DNA from: Octopus vulgaris
Lineage: Eukaryota
Assembly (NCBI GenBank): GCA_951406725.2
Contig: OX597828.1
Location: 54,560,001 to 54,624,000 of the forward strand
Length of the DNA: 64,000 nt
Reading direction: 5' to 3'
A program made the translations under genes and the position numbers. Shown piece after piece: positions 11,190-22,581 of this stretch. Every line of letters starts with the position of its first letter. The first letter of the stretch is position 1. The notes beneath the pieces were generated by a model. That model was given only the letters and a program-made list of their open reading frames with translations, was not told where the DNA came from and did not search any database.

Positions 11190-11800
11190 GAGGAATAGTT
11201 GTATCAACCCCAGTATTTGACTGGTACTTTAATCGACCTTGATAAGAAAGACTGACAATTAACCTCAGCAAGATTCGAACTCCAAACATAACGGGCCCTA
11301 ACTAAGTACCACTGTCCACCTTCCTAATAATAATAATCCTTAGTCACAAGGTCTGAAATTTTGGGGGAGGGTACTAGTTGATTACCACGACCCCAGTGTT
11401 TCACTGGTACTTGATTTATCGACCTCGAAAGGATGAAAGGCAAAGTCAACCTCGGCGAAATTTGAACTCAGAACATAGCGAGGGGCGAAATACCGATTAG
11501 GATTTCGTCCAGCGTGCTAACGATTCTGCTAGCTCATAACTTTCTAAATACCACCGTCCACCTTCCTAATGATAATAATAATCCTTTCTACAACAAGCAC
11601 ATGACCTGCAATTTTAGGGGAAGGTAGGGCTATTCGATTACATCAAACCCTAGCATTTGACTGGTACGTATTTCATTGATTCCGAAAGGATGAAATGCAA
11701 AGTCGATCTCAGCGGAATTTGAACTCAGATCAGTGACCAGAAGAAATACCATTAAACATTTTATCTCCTGTGCGGTAATGATTCTACCTTCACGCTACCT
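11190..11800 (-). mobile_element. Three tandem SINE B copies
   Basis: Repeated CCCCAGT..ACTGGTAC...GAAAGGATGAAA..CAAAGTC...TTTGAACTC units separated by (AAT)n. Confidence 0.8.
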
Positions 11801-11819
11801 TAATAATGATAAAAATTAT

Positions 11820-12220
11820 GCGCAGGTGAGTTACTTGCTTACCAACTACATGGTTCTGGGTTCAGTCCCACTGCGTGGTATTTTGGGCAAATGTCTTCTA
11901 CTATAGTCTCGGGTTGACCAAAGCCTTGTGAGTGGATTTGGTAGACGGAAACTGAAAGAAGCCCGTCATATATATATATATATATGTGTGTGTGCGCGTG
12001 CGTGTGTGCGTGTGTGTTTGTCCCCCCCCCCCAACATCGCCTGACTACCGATGCTGGTGTGTTTACGTCCCCGTAACTTAGCGGTTCAGCAAAAGGCACC
12101 GATAAAATATACTTACTAGGCTTACAAAGAATAAGTCCTGGGGTGGATTTGCTTGACTTAAAGGCGGTGCTCCAGCATGGCTGCAGTCAGATGACTGAAA
12201 CAAGTAAAAGAATAAAAGAA
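11820..12220 (+). mobile_element. SINE family A, near full length
   Basis: Colinear with the family consensus through the tail GACTGAAACAAGTAAAAGAATAAAAGAA. Confidence 0.9.
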
Positions 12221-13289
12221 TTTCTTTCATTTCCTCCAAACGAGTATGAAGAGTTACTTGGCAGGACTAAATAAATAGCGCTGAGATCGGCACAGACTCG
12301 ATAGAAATATAAGACGTGAAAAACAATATATAAAGGATACAACGTGTTTCTGTAGTACAACCCCTGCAGGTTGATGATCGAATCCTATAGTTTCAGAGCT
12401 ATTGATTATGTGGGACATGTAACCCCTCCACCCAACGACTTTGATATGTTCTCCGATCTAAAACCCCAAACTGAGTGTGCGCTTATTCACTCAAGCTTTC
12501 TTCGCTACTTTCCCTTAACTTTTCACCAAATTCTCTGGAGAAGGGGCCAATACCTTCCTCTTTACCCTCAACGTCCTCTCCGAATGCAACGTCTAATATG
12601 AACCCCCAGTTCACATATTTGATGGGGAGAGGACAATAAATGCCGACAAAGACCCTTGTTCATGACTCATTCCAGAAGCAGAGGTACATGTTTAGAGGGC
12701 ACCACGTCATATGTATGAGATGGTCGAAATATAAGGGTAAGATGACAATAGAATATACTTTGTTTAATAATTTTAGGCATTTTATCATTATATTTATAGA
12801 TTTAACATAAGAGTGAAAATTTAAAAAGGAAATGTAAGGCATCTGAAATTTGTCTTCGTGGGGTTGGGGGCACCAGTAATAAAATAAATACCAGTTATAT
12901 ACGGCACTAGTTTAAATGGACCCTACAATGAAACCCTCTCAGTTTCCTTCATGGAGAACAAAACTGAAATGTGTCTTGTCATGAGCAAACTGGCCGAATA
13001 AATAATTTATCAAACTACATAGTGACGGCTCTAAGGTTGAAACCAGCTACAGGACTTTCGCTGAACTTTTGGGGCTGGGGACGCGCGCGCACACACACAT
13101 ACACACACACACACACTATAATTGGATGGCTGTTGACTTTCCTGAGCTCACCGCTCCTTCACGGGTTTAGTTTTTCATCCCTTTGAGTGTTCAAAGACCA
13201 CCCTACTCATTAGGTCAATGGCTCAACTATGCAACAGATTACGTTTCCAGTATCGCTCAAGATACACAAACACACACATTTATAAATTT

Positions 13290-13545
13290 ATATACATTTA
13301 GGATCTTCCTAAATATATTCCCGGGTAGAATCCTTGCTATTTCTAGCCCAGCTGGATCAGCGTCTCCGTTGGCTAAACTGACGCATACGTGAGTGACAAT
13401 CTCTGTCGCATGCAGCACATTCGTATACGGTCTTCTTAGGTCTGTTGCAGTTACGGCGCTCCTTTTTGCAGCTGTGCTCATTAATCTCTTTTTCCCATGA
13501 CTTAAAGATGTTTATTCAGTGTGCTTCTCCATGTTGGTTCATGTT
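13290..13545 (-). pseudogene. Possible decayed tyrosine-recombinase C-terminal fragment
   Basis: Minus frame: NQHGEAH*INIFKSWEKRLMSTAAKRSAVTATDLRRPYTNVLHATEIVTHVCVSLANGD, resembling T.LR[RK]...T followed by A..M.HS..TA. Recognised by eye only. Confidence 0.3.
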
Positions 13546-13557
13546 ATATATATATAC

Positions 13558-13950
13558 ATGAGTGGCTGTGTGGTAAGTAGCTTGCTTACCAGCCACATGG
13601 TCCGGGGTTAAGTCCCACTGCGTAGCAACTTGGGCAAGTGTCTTCTACTATAGCCTCAGGCTGACCAAAGCCTTGTGAGTGGATTTGGTAGACGGAAACT
13701 GGAAGAAGCCTGTCGTGTATATATATATGTATGTATATGTTTGTGTGTTTGTTTGTGCCCCCCCCCCCCCAGCATCGCTTGACAACCGATGTTGGTATGT
13801 TTACGTCCCTGCAACTTCGCGGTTTGGCAAAAAAAGACCGATAGAATAAGTGCTAGGCTTACAAAGAATGTCTTTGAGTTGATTATTTCTTCGACTAAAA
13901 ACACTTTCAGACGCTGCTCCAGCATGGCCGTAGTCAAATGACTGACATAT
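13558..13950 (+). mobile_element. SINE family A, near full length
   Basis: Starts AGTGGCTGTGTGGTAAGTAGCTTGCTTACC and is colinear with the consensus. Confidence 0.9.
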
Positions 13951-14149
13951 TTGTAATATATATATATATATATATATAACAAAATTAGAAAATGGAGAAA
14001 CATACTTAAATCAATAAAACATCAACTATCAGATGATACCCAATCAATACTTTATTACACCATTACATATCAGTAAAGTCATTATACAAAATATACAGTA
14101 AATGTAAATAGACAAGGAGATATAAGTATAAAATTTCAAATATAATATG

Positions 14150-14264
14150 TAATTAAATCTTATCTGACAGCTGTAACATCTATGTATTAGTCTTGTTGGG
14201 TACCTATCTAGCAGTATATTGGATATATGTTATCCCATGTGGGTTGAATTTTCAACCCCTATCT

Positions 14265-14270
<6 letters not shown>
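14150..14270 (-). mobile_element. Penelope-like relic, same family as 10033-10130 in opposite orientation
   Basis: Reverse complement TAGGGGTTGAAAATTCAACCCACATGGGATAACATATATCCAATATACTGCTAGATAGGTACCCAA matches 10047-10113; both abut (TA)n. The PLE assignment is inference. Confidence 0.5.
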
Positions 14271-14315
<45 letters not shown>

Positions 14316-14413
14316 TTTGCTCGTCCTATATATGCGGGGTGGCATTATTCGAAAGCTAAAACGATGCAATGTGCATTGTGACTAGCGGTATATAACATCC
14401 GATAGTCTTGTCG

Positions 14414-14457
<44 letters not shown>

Positions 14458-15217
14458 CTTCAACACAGCGATACTAGTAACCAGTCGTTACCAATGAGTT
14501 TATAGAAGCTTTAAAATAAAGCGTTAGATGACGGCAAGGTGTGATAGAAATTATCGAATGACGCTTTCCTAAATAAACAGACATTTCATTTTAATGGTTT
14601 CGTTTCTGAGCGCATTGCTTTTTATAGCGGAAACAGCTGTAAGCTAATGAAGTTGATTATGTAATTTTTGTTCCTTAGTCATCCAATTATATTTATATTA
14701 TACGCAGACAAATATAAACACGAGATTTTCACAACAGGAACATATGTGATCCTCGGTCTGAGTACCCGGTGAGCACTGATCTAAGAGAGCGGGTGGGTGA
14801 GGACTACGTAGGCACGAACGACAGCAACAATCATAATAACAACCTGCTCTTGTTCTTTACATCAATAAATATTTAATTTTAATACAAATAGTTTTTGTTG
14901 CAATAATTGTTAGTTTTCTCATATAAATATTATTTTTACTTTGTGGTGCTCCGAGTTTAAAGGGGGAAAAATGGGTAGAGCGGGTGGAGGGATAAATAAA
15001 AACGAAGTAAAAACAAGCGGCAACAGAAGAACATGAAAGTTTGTTGTGCTACAATAGAATGTTTAACATATACTTATTAAGGTTTTAGGTAAGGAATTGA
15101 AAGAGAAAGAAAAAAAAACAATATTATTTCGACTTTTCTCACGTTAACTTTCTCAGCCATACAACTCAAAGAAACTGGTTTTTTTCAAAGTTTCTTACAA
15201 TTTATGCACACACACAC

Positions 15218-15256
<39 letters not shown>

Positions 15257-15710
15257 TTATGTGTTTGTGTTTATGGGAGTGTATGAATTGCTGTGTCTAT
15301 GTGTGCGTGCTCGTGTACGTACATCTTTTTTCTATACAATGATGTAAAAAAATGCCGTGTGAATTGTATGAGTTTGCACCTTTTGGTTTCTTCGTACTTA
15401 CATACGATACAATATGAAATACATAAGTACACACACACACACACACACATACGCATAAACAAATAAACAATGGTATTGTTGATTCCACATTTATTCAGCA
15501 GTTTACAACTGTTTCAACATTGTGCAAGTAAAAAATGATACAAGTTGGAAAACATCGAATGACAGTCATCGGTTATCGAATGAAAGACCCTTAATCATTT
15601 AGACATGTGAACACACACACACACTGTGAAGATGACCGTGCTTTACCAGTAAGCTACCAGGTATAAACCATTCATTTTATTATCTAATATATATATATAT
15701 ATATATATAT

Positions 15711-15952
15711 AAGTGTCTTGCTCATGGACAAGACGCCTCGCCGGGAACTGAACTCACGACCTTACGATTGTGAGCCGAATGCCCTAACCACTAAGCCACG
15801 TGCCTTCAAGTTGCCCCAATCCACTCAGGTGGCAAAAATGTTTAGTACCTGTATTTCAAAGGGCCTGTCTTGTCACAATCTGTGTCACGCTGAATCTCCC
15901 CGAAAACTATGTTAAGGGTACACGTGTCTGTGGAGTACTCAGCCAGTTGCAC
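15711..15952. mobile_element. SINE C copy with an inverted 5' segment
   Basis: 15711-15808 is the head in reverse orientation; 15810-15952 is the downstream body in forward orientation. Confidence 0.8.
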
Positions 15953-16033
15953 TGGTGAAGAATTCCAAGCAATCTTTCGGTCGGGTCCAAGGTTATGGTT
16001 CATCACAATTCTATAATGTATATCCGTAAAAAC

Positions 16034-16097
<64 letters not shown>

Positions 16098-16103
16098 ATA
16101 TGT

Positions 16104-16422
16104 ACTCCGTCGGTTACGGTGATGGGTGCTCCAGGTGATTCATCCGATCAACGGAACAGTCTGCTCGTGATATTAACGTGCAAGTTCCTGAGCACCCTAC
16201 TGATACGCATACTCTTAACGTAATTCTTGGTGAGGCTCACAGAATGTGACAAGGCTGGCCCCTTTGAATTACAGGTACACATCAGTTTTGCCAGCTGTGT
16301 GGACTGGAACAATGTGGAATAAAATATCTTTCTTACTTAATAGACACAGCGTACCGCCAAGAATCGAACTCGCAACGATACGATCGTGAACCGGCTATCC
16401 TAACCACTAAGCAATGCGCCTT
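16104..16422 (-). mobile_element. SINE family C (CORE type), diverged full-length copy
   Basis: ACTCCGTCGGTTACG...CCTAACCACTAAGCAATGCGCCTTC. Confidence 0.8.
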
Positions 16423-16447
16423 CGTTCTCTCTCTTTCCCTCCCTCTG

Positions 16448-16647
16448 ACCGCGTGTGTATCGTTGGCGATTTTTTCCTCCGTCTTCCCTTCCTCGGACCT
16501 TTCCTTTTTCTATGTTTCTGACGAAGAGCTCCGCTCGAAACGTTGAATCCTCCTACTTTCTTACCTTTCCTGAGCGTCCAATAACACTATACTTGTCCCA
16601 CGTCCTCGCGTTGTTGTGTTTTCTCTTTGTTCATGTTTGGATCAACT
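16448..16647 (+). mobile_element. ~200-bp non-coding element with a minimal hammerhead ribozyme core (Penelope-like/retrozyme-like), copy 1
   Basis: GTTT-CTGACGA-A-GAGC-TCC-GCTC-GAAA-CGTT at 16514-16544; followed by (TA)n; paralog at 17821-18025. Confidence 0.7.
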
Positions 16648-16820
16648 ATATATATATATATTAGAAGAAATGAGGTAATCAGAAGATCGGATGGTTTATA
16701 TTTACAGATATTTATATATTACATTTTTTATATATATATCATATCACTTAGATCATTAGCGCTTTCTCCCATTCTAGTGGGGTTTTCAAATCATAATACC
16801 TGTACATCATTTCCAAACCT

Positions 16821-16910
<90 letters not shown>

Positions 16911-17732
16911 CATAAGCAGAAAATTCCTAGCTTATTCCTCATCAGCCAATGTCCAAAAGATCATTACAATTTTGCGCCTTTGACGTTGTGTGAGTATGTG
17001 TGTAAGTGTATGTATATATATACAACCGAAACAACGAACTGAAGACCGAGATCTTCTTTCAGTCTGTTGCGACTTGGCTCTGCACTTTCATCAAGTGTCT
17101 TGCTGGATATTATCGCGACATTGTCTGTGGTTGGCACAGTAACAGGATTGTGGAGAGGTTTGTGCAAAACAAAAGAAGTCGTCCACGCTTAACCTTATTT
17201 ATCAGACAGGTAGCATCATTTATTTCCAGTATTCTGTGAGAAAATATCATGTCAGGCCATAGTGAAATATTACCTTGCTTGGAAACAGGTGATAGGAATG
17301 ATATCCAGCCATTGAAAATACACCAGTGTGTGTACGTGTGTGTGTGCGTGTGTCTTGCAATCATTATGCAAATACGAGGAGGGAGAGGAAAGAGTAGCCA
17401 ATCAGATTCAATTAAGAGTTGAATTGAAATTTTATGGTAGATTTCATTCTTTTGATTAGTAAAAAAATGACAAAAACACCAATCATATCAATAATTAAAA
17501 CAACAATTGCAATGATAATAATAATAATAATAATAATAATATATTTATTGATAATAATAATAATAACAATAATAGTAATAGTAATGGTTTCAAATTTTGG
17601 CACAAATGCAGCAGTTTTAGGGGAAGGAGTAAGTTGATTACATTGACCCCAGTAGTTAACTGGTACTTATTTTATCAACCCTGAGTACATTGCCACCACC
17701 CAGCATGTTTATATACATGCAGAGAGAGAGAC

Positions 17733-17788
<56 letters not shown>

Positions 17789-17820
17789 GGATACAATATT
17801 TTCATATGTATGTATTTATG

Positions 17821-18020
17821 ACCGCGTGTGTACTGTTGGCAATTTTTTTTCCTCTGTCTTCTCTTCTCTGGAACTTTCCTTTTCCTATGTTTCTGACGAA
17901 GAGCTCCGCTCAAAATGTAAAACCCTCCTTCTTCCCTTCCTTCCTGAGCGTCCAATAATACTATATTTGTTCCATGTCCTCGCGTTGTTGTGTTTTCTCT
18001 TAGTGTTTTCATGTTTGGAT

Positions 18021-18025
<5 letters not shown>
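17821..18025 (+). mobile_element. Hammerhead-bearing element, copy 2 (core mutated GAAA to AAAA)
   Basis: GTTT-CTGACGA-A-GAGC-TCC-GCTC-AAAA-TG-TA-AAAC at 17889-17923; aligns end to end with copy 1; followed by (TA)n. Confidence 0.7.
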
Positions 18026-18063
<38 letters not shown>

Positions 18064-18086
18064 TTATATACGTATATTTACATATG

Positions 18087-18146
<60 letters not shown>

Positions 18147-18149
18147 TTC

Positions 18150-18400
18150 CTACATCCCTGGTCTTGTGAGGTACATTAGCATTGGATATCTTGCTATAAT
18201 TTGTCTCTGGATCATGTCAGTAGGGTGGAGAGGGTCTGTGAGGTGCTGTGCTAGCCTTATTGGACCGAAAATTTCAGGTTGTTTACTCACTAGCAAGGTG
18301 ACAATCTGGTGCTCGGTCAGGTAGGAGGGCACTGCAGTGAGCATGGAAGCTGCGGACGTGATCCTGGGTGACGCCGATTATTATTGCAATACCCTCATGC
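18150..18400 (-). pseudogene. Isolated protein-like fragment, possibly a retroelement ORF1 remnant
   Basis: GC-balanced, high-complexity island between microsatellites; minus frame SPRITSAASMLTAVPSYLTEHQIVTLLVSKQPEIFGPIRLAQHLTDPLHPTDMIQRQIIARYPMLMYLTRPGM. Confidence 0.25.
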
Positions 18401-18471
18401 ACAGGCATTGCTGCCATTTTACATGGGCAATGGTCAATCACGGCCTTCTTCAGTTAAGAGCCATCATCATC

Positions 18472-18510
<39 letters not shown>

Positions 18511-18511
<1 letters not shown>

Positions 18512-18742
18512 TTCTTTACTACCCACAAGGGGATAAACACAGAGGGGACAAAGAAGGACAGGAAAACAGATTAAGTCGATTACATCGACCCCAGTGCGTA
18601 ACTGGTATTTAATTTATCGACCCCGAAAGGATGAAAGGCAAAGTCGACCTCGGCGGAATTTGAACTCAGAACGTAACGGCAGACGAAATACCGCTAAGCA
18701 TTTCGCCCGGAGTGCTAACGTTTCTGCCAGCTCTTCCGCCTT
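18511..18742 (-). mobile_element. SINE family B, young full-length copy
   Basis: Near-identical to 54565-54798 and 57260-57492; CpGs intact. Confidence 0.9.
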
Positions 18743-18914
18743 TATCATTTATGTATATATATTTATACATATACATACATAAATGTACCCAAGATCTATG
18801 TATGTGTATATGTATGAATACATGCGAACAATGAGCTATTGACGTTACCAGCAGTAACTGAGTGACTTTTGGAGAAGAGCAAATGTAAACACAAACACAC
18901 GCATTATATATATA

Positions 18915-18917
<3 letters not shown>

Positions 18918-18972
<55 letters not shown>

Positions 18973-19168
18973 CGTGTGGAAAAGAAATGTGCTTAGTCAT
19001 CGCTAGGAAACAAGTACGACTTGGTAGCAAGTACAATGTCTTCATTGTTTCAGATGTCTGTAGTTGTGAGAAGATATCGACAACTCCCCCAGTGCTCCCC
19101 AGTGGCACATTGAGGCTCTGGCTGCGAGAGACAGACAGACAGAAAGAGAGAGAGACAGACAGACAGAA

Positions 19169-19243
<75 letters not shown>

Positions 19244-19290
19244 AAGAGAGAGACAGACAGACAGACAGAAAGAGAGAGAGAGAGAGAGGG
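18918..19290. repeat. (TG)n and compound (GACA)n/(GA)n microsatellites
   Basis: Directly visible tandem repeats. Confidence 0.9.
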
Positions 19291-20396
19291 AGCTGACTAG
19301 ACTCTACCAACATGGAACACAGTGCCTTGCTCAAAGACAACGTGCCGCCTGTTGTAGTGTGTGTGTGTGATCTTGTACTCACTTCACTCATCGAACTGCG
19401 GCCACGCCGGAGCAATGTCTCGAAGAGTTTTATCAAACTTTTTAAGTTTCGCACTTACATATTCGATTAATATTTCTTTTGCCAAACCGCTAAGTTACAG
19501 GGACGTAAACAAACCAACACCAGTTGTCAAGCAATGTGGGAACAAAAACAAAGACACACACACACACACGCCTTATGTAAATCTCTAGTCTGGTTGAGAA
19601 TATTGGGGACAAACAGACAGACAAGAAAGTCTTTATCAAAAGTCCCAGTGACACAGATTGTTTAACCTCCAGGTCATAAAGCCAATCCAGACATGACTAT
19701 CTCCTCTTTTTCCTATATGCAGGGAACCCAGGATCACGTTGTTCACTGTGGTGTGTTACGTGAGGGATATTTGGCTGTTATTTCTTGCAAATCAAGCGAA
19801 TACGTTAATACTTCTGGAAACAGAATCTAATAAGAGTTGGTTGGGGAGGGGGTAACAGAGTGAAATACGAGGAAGGGAGGAGGAGGTGGAGGAGATTGGT
19901 CATAAAAAGCAAACATTTCCCAAAATTTAAATGTTAGCAGACGTCGTTGTTGCTTTATTAATTACATTTACTTTTGACATTATTACTTCGATATTAGATA
20001 CTGTTTGTTCAAATCCCCACTCTGCTACCTGTTTTATCGCGTTGGTGTTCGTTGATATATGCAAAGTTACACTCACACACACATACATACATATACATAT
20101 ACACATGCGCGCAAATATATTTGATGTTCGCAAACAATCTTCAAACAGTTTCCATTTTAAAAGACATCATACAGCAAAGCATCAGGTTGCTACAATTAAC
20201 CCCTCCGCCGCGCTCTCCGTGTCTGGTGATGATGTTTTGAGCTGCCAAATATTGAATGATAACGGAGTCAAAAACGAAAACCTTGTGCTGATACGATACA
20301 CAGATAGAGATATAAAGATATAAAGATATGCACACACACGCGCACACCAAACGACAGACAGCGAGAAAGCTTAAGTATATAGACACACGCACGATA

Positions 20397-20775
20397 TACT
20401 CTTTTACTTGTTTCAGTCATTTGACTGCGGCCATGCTGGAGCACCGCCTTTAGTTGAGCAAATCGACCCCAGTACTTATTCTTTGTAAGCCTAGTACTTA
20501 TTCTATCGGTCTCTTTTGCCGAACCACTAAGTAACGGGGACATAAACACACCACCATCGGTTGTCAAGCGATGTTGGGACGGGGGGATGAACACAGACAC
20601 ACAAACATACACACACATATGTACATGTACATATATATGACGGGCTTCTTTCAGTTTCCGTCTACCAAATCCACTCACAAGGCTTTGGTCGGCCCGAGGC
20701 TATAGTAGAAGACATTTGCCCAAGGTACCACGCAGTAGGACTGAACCTAGAACTATGTGGTTGGTAAGCAAGCTA
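20397..20775 (-). mobile_element. SINE family A copy
   Basis: Colinear with 3098-3510 apart from the first ~20 nt of the head. Confidence 0.9.
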
Positions 20776-21171
20776 ATATAGACAGAGATAAGTATTTACA
20801 GATAAATACCAAATATTACTTCGTTTTTGGATTTGGTTTGAAAGATTCTTTATATGAGTTCGTGTGTTGAAGCATATTCTGTTGTGTCTGGGGAGAGTTA
20901 TTATCTTTTTTGTGCCTTATAATTTAACACACTCACCGGTAAAATTTCCACTGATTTCTTATTTTTATTTACCTAAAATTTTCGTTGCATCTTGCAACCT
21001 TTTCAATGTGTATTTGCTCGCAGTTGCATTTAGAAGACTGAATTGACAACTGGAGATGCAGTGAGTGGATGGTGGAGATTTAGTTGAGTGAAGAAAGGCG
21101 ACAGAATTATTGCAACGGTTAGAGTAGCAGGCATTTTACTCAAACTGAAACTGAATATTTGTTGTAAATTT

Positions 21172-21582
21172 GGATCTTTTCGGTTTGAACGGCAGTTTTT
21201 AACATAATTTCTAGGTAACTAAAAAATTTTAAACCTCGTATACTGGTAGAATGTGTTTATAAAACATCTTTTTCTCTTGGCTTTCTTGAGAAAATTCTAT
21301 AGTTTGTAAGATATTTGTTGTTTTTTTCTTCTTCAATTTCTGCAATTTCAACCAATCAGTGACGTCTATTGAGTTAAAAAGCATTCTGTGCCGTATGAAT
21401 ATGTCCCTCGTTTAAGAAACAGATTGGGTTTATTTACATTTCTGAAGAAAAAAGATACCCTTCCCCCACCCCTAACCCTAAAAGAGATTGAAATGCAATA
21501 GATCGATTCTAGGGTCATAAATATGGGTGACAATTTCGTATGACACTGCTAGAAAAAACTGCTGTTCAAACCGAAAAGATCC
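21172..21582. mobile_element. MITE with ~29-bp TIRs GGATCTTTTCGGTTTGAACGGCAGTTTTT and internal CCCTAA repeats, copy 1
   Basis: Left TIR at 21172; right TIR AAAAACTGCTGTTCAAACCGAAAAGATCC ending 21582; inverted paralog at 37813-38260. Confidence 0.9.
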
Positions 21583-22051
21583 GACATTTTACTCAAAATG
21601 AAACTGAAATATTTGTAGTAAATTTTGCTGCAAATATGCTTTCATTTATTTTCATAGTGTGTATTCAAAATGAAACAAATAGGAAAAAATATGGAATTGA
21701 AAACAAAGCATTGTGTGTTGATTTTAACTGATGGAAGTTCACATACAAACATACACATACAAACGGTACAAGTTTTGTTTAATCAATAACTAATCAAAGA
21801 CATTTTCACTTGCCGTAAAATAAATACCTTTAAACGAGGGAAAATAGTTTAATATGTAATATGTAAACAGTGGATATCATCAACAGATGTTTCGTTAGAG
21901 AGCAGCAGATAACATCAACTAAATATTTCAGAAATTTTACATGGAAGCGGCCATGATCAATTGGCGCCTGAGCATCGACTTCGTCAAATGCACCTAAGTG
22001 ACCCTTATCGATGGAAGAAATCAAGTCGCAAATGCAATAGCTATTTGAGGA

Positions 22052-22245
22052 TTGAGGCGGCGAGCTGGTGGAGTTGTTAGCACGCCGGGAAATGCTTAGC
22101 GGCATTTCGTCCGTCTTTACGTTCTGAGTTCAAATTCCGCCGAGATCGACTTAGCATTTTAACCTTTCGGGAGACAACAAAATACAGTACCAGTCGAACA
22201 CTGCTCCGAAATTACTGGCCTTGTGCCAAAATATGAAACCAATAT
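22052..22245 (+). mobile_element. SINE family B, diverged copy retaining CpGs
   Basis: GAGGCGGCGAGCTGG...AGCACGCCGGG..CTTAGCGGCATTTCGTCCGTCTTTACGTTCTGAGTTCAAATTCCGCCGAG. Confidence 0.85.
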
Positions 22246-22321
22246 TTATTTTGTAAAGAAGTTCTCTTCTTGACTTTCATTATCAGATGAGGTAGATGAT
22301 GATGATGATGATGCGCTAGAT

Positions 22322-22581
22322 CAGTGTTTCTCAAACTTTTTACCCTAGCGTAACCCTTAAAATAAATTACGTGTCTCAAGGAACCCTTGTACAAAAAAAA
22401 AAATGATGCACCATACCTTTCATATTATTTCATCGTAGTTACAATAACTAATATTACGATAACCAACAATATGTTGTGCATGAATAATAATATTACGATC
22501 ATGAAATTAGCATTAGCTTATCTCACACTTTCTCGCAGAACCCCTAGGGACCTTTTGCGGAACCCCGGTTGAGAAACGCTG
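22322..22581. mobile_element. hAT (Charlie-like) MITE
   Basis: TIRs CAGTGTTTCTCAAAC / GTTGAGAAACGCTG; 8-bp TSD CGCTAGAT / CTCTAGAT matching the NTCTAGAN Charlie target preference. Confidence 0.9.

Noticed and set aside
14737-14768. Possible microexon before CCG|GTGAGC
   Set aside because: Weak acceptor and no supporting frame or homology; cannot be distinguished from chance.
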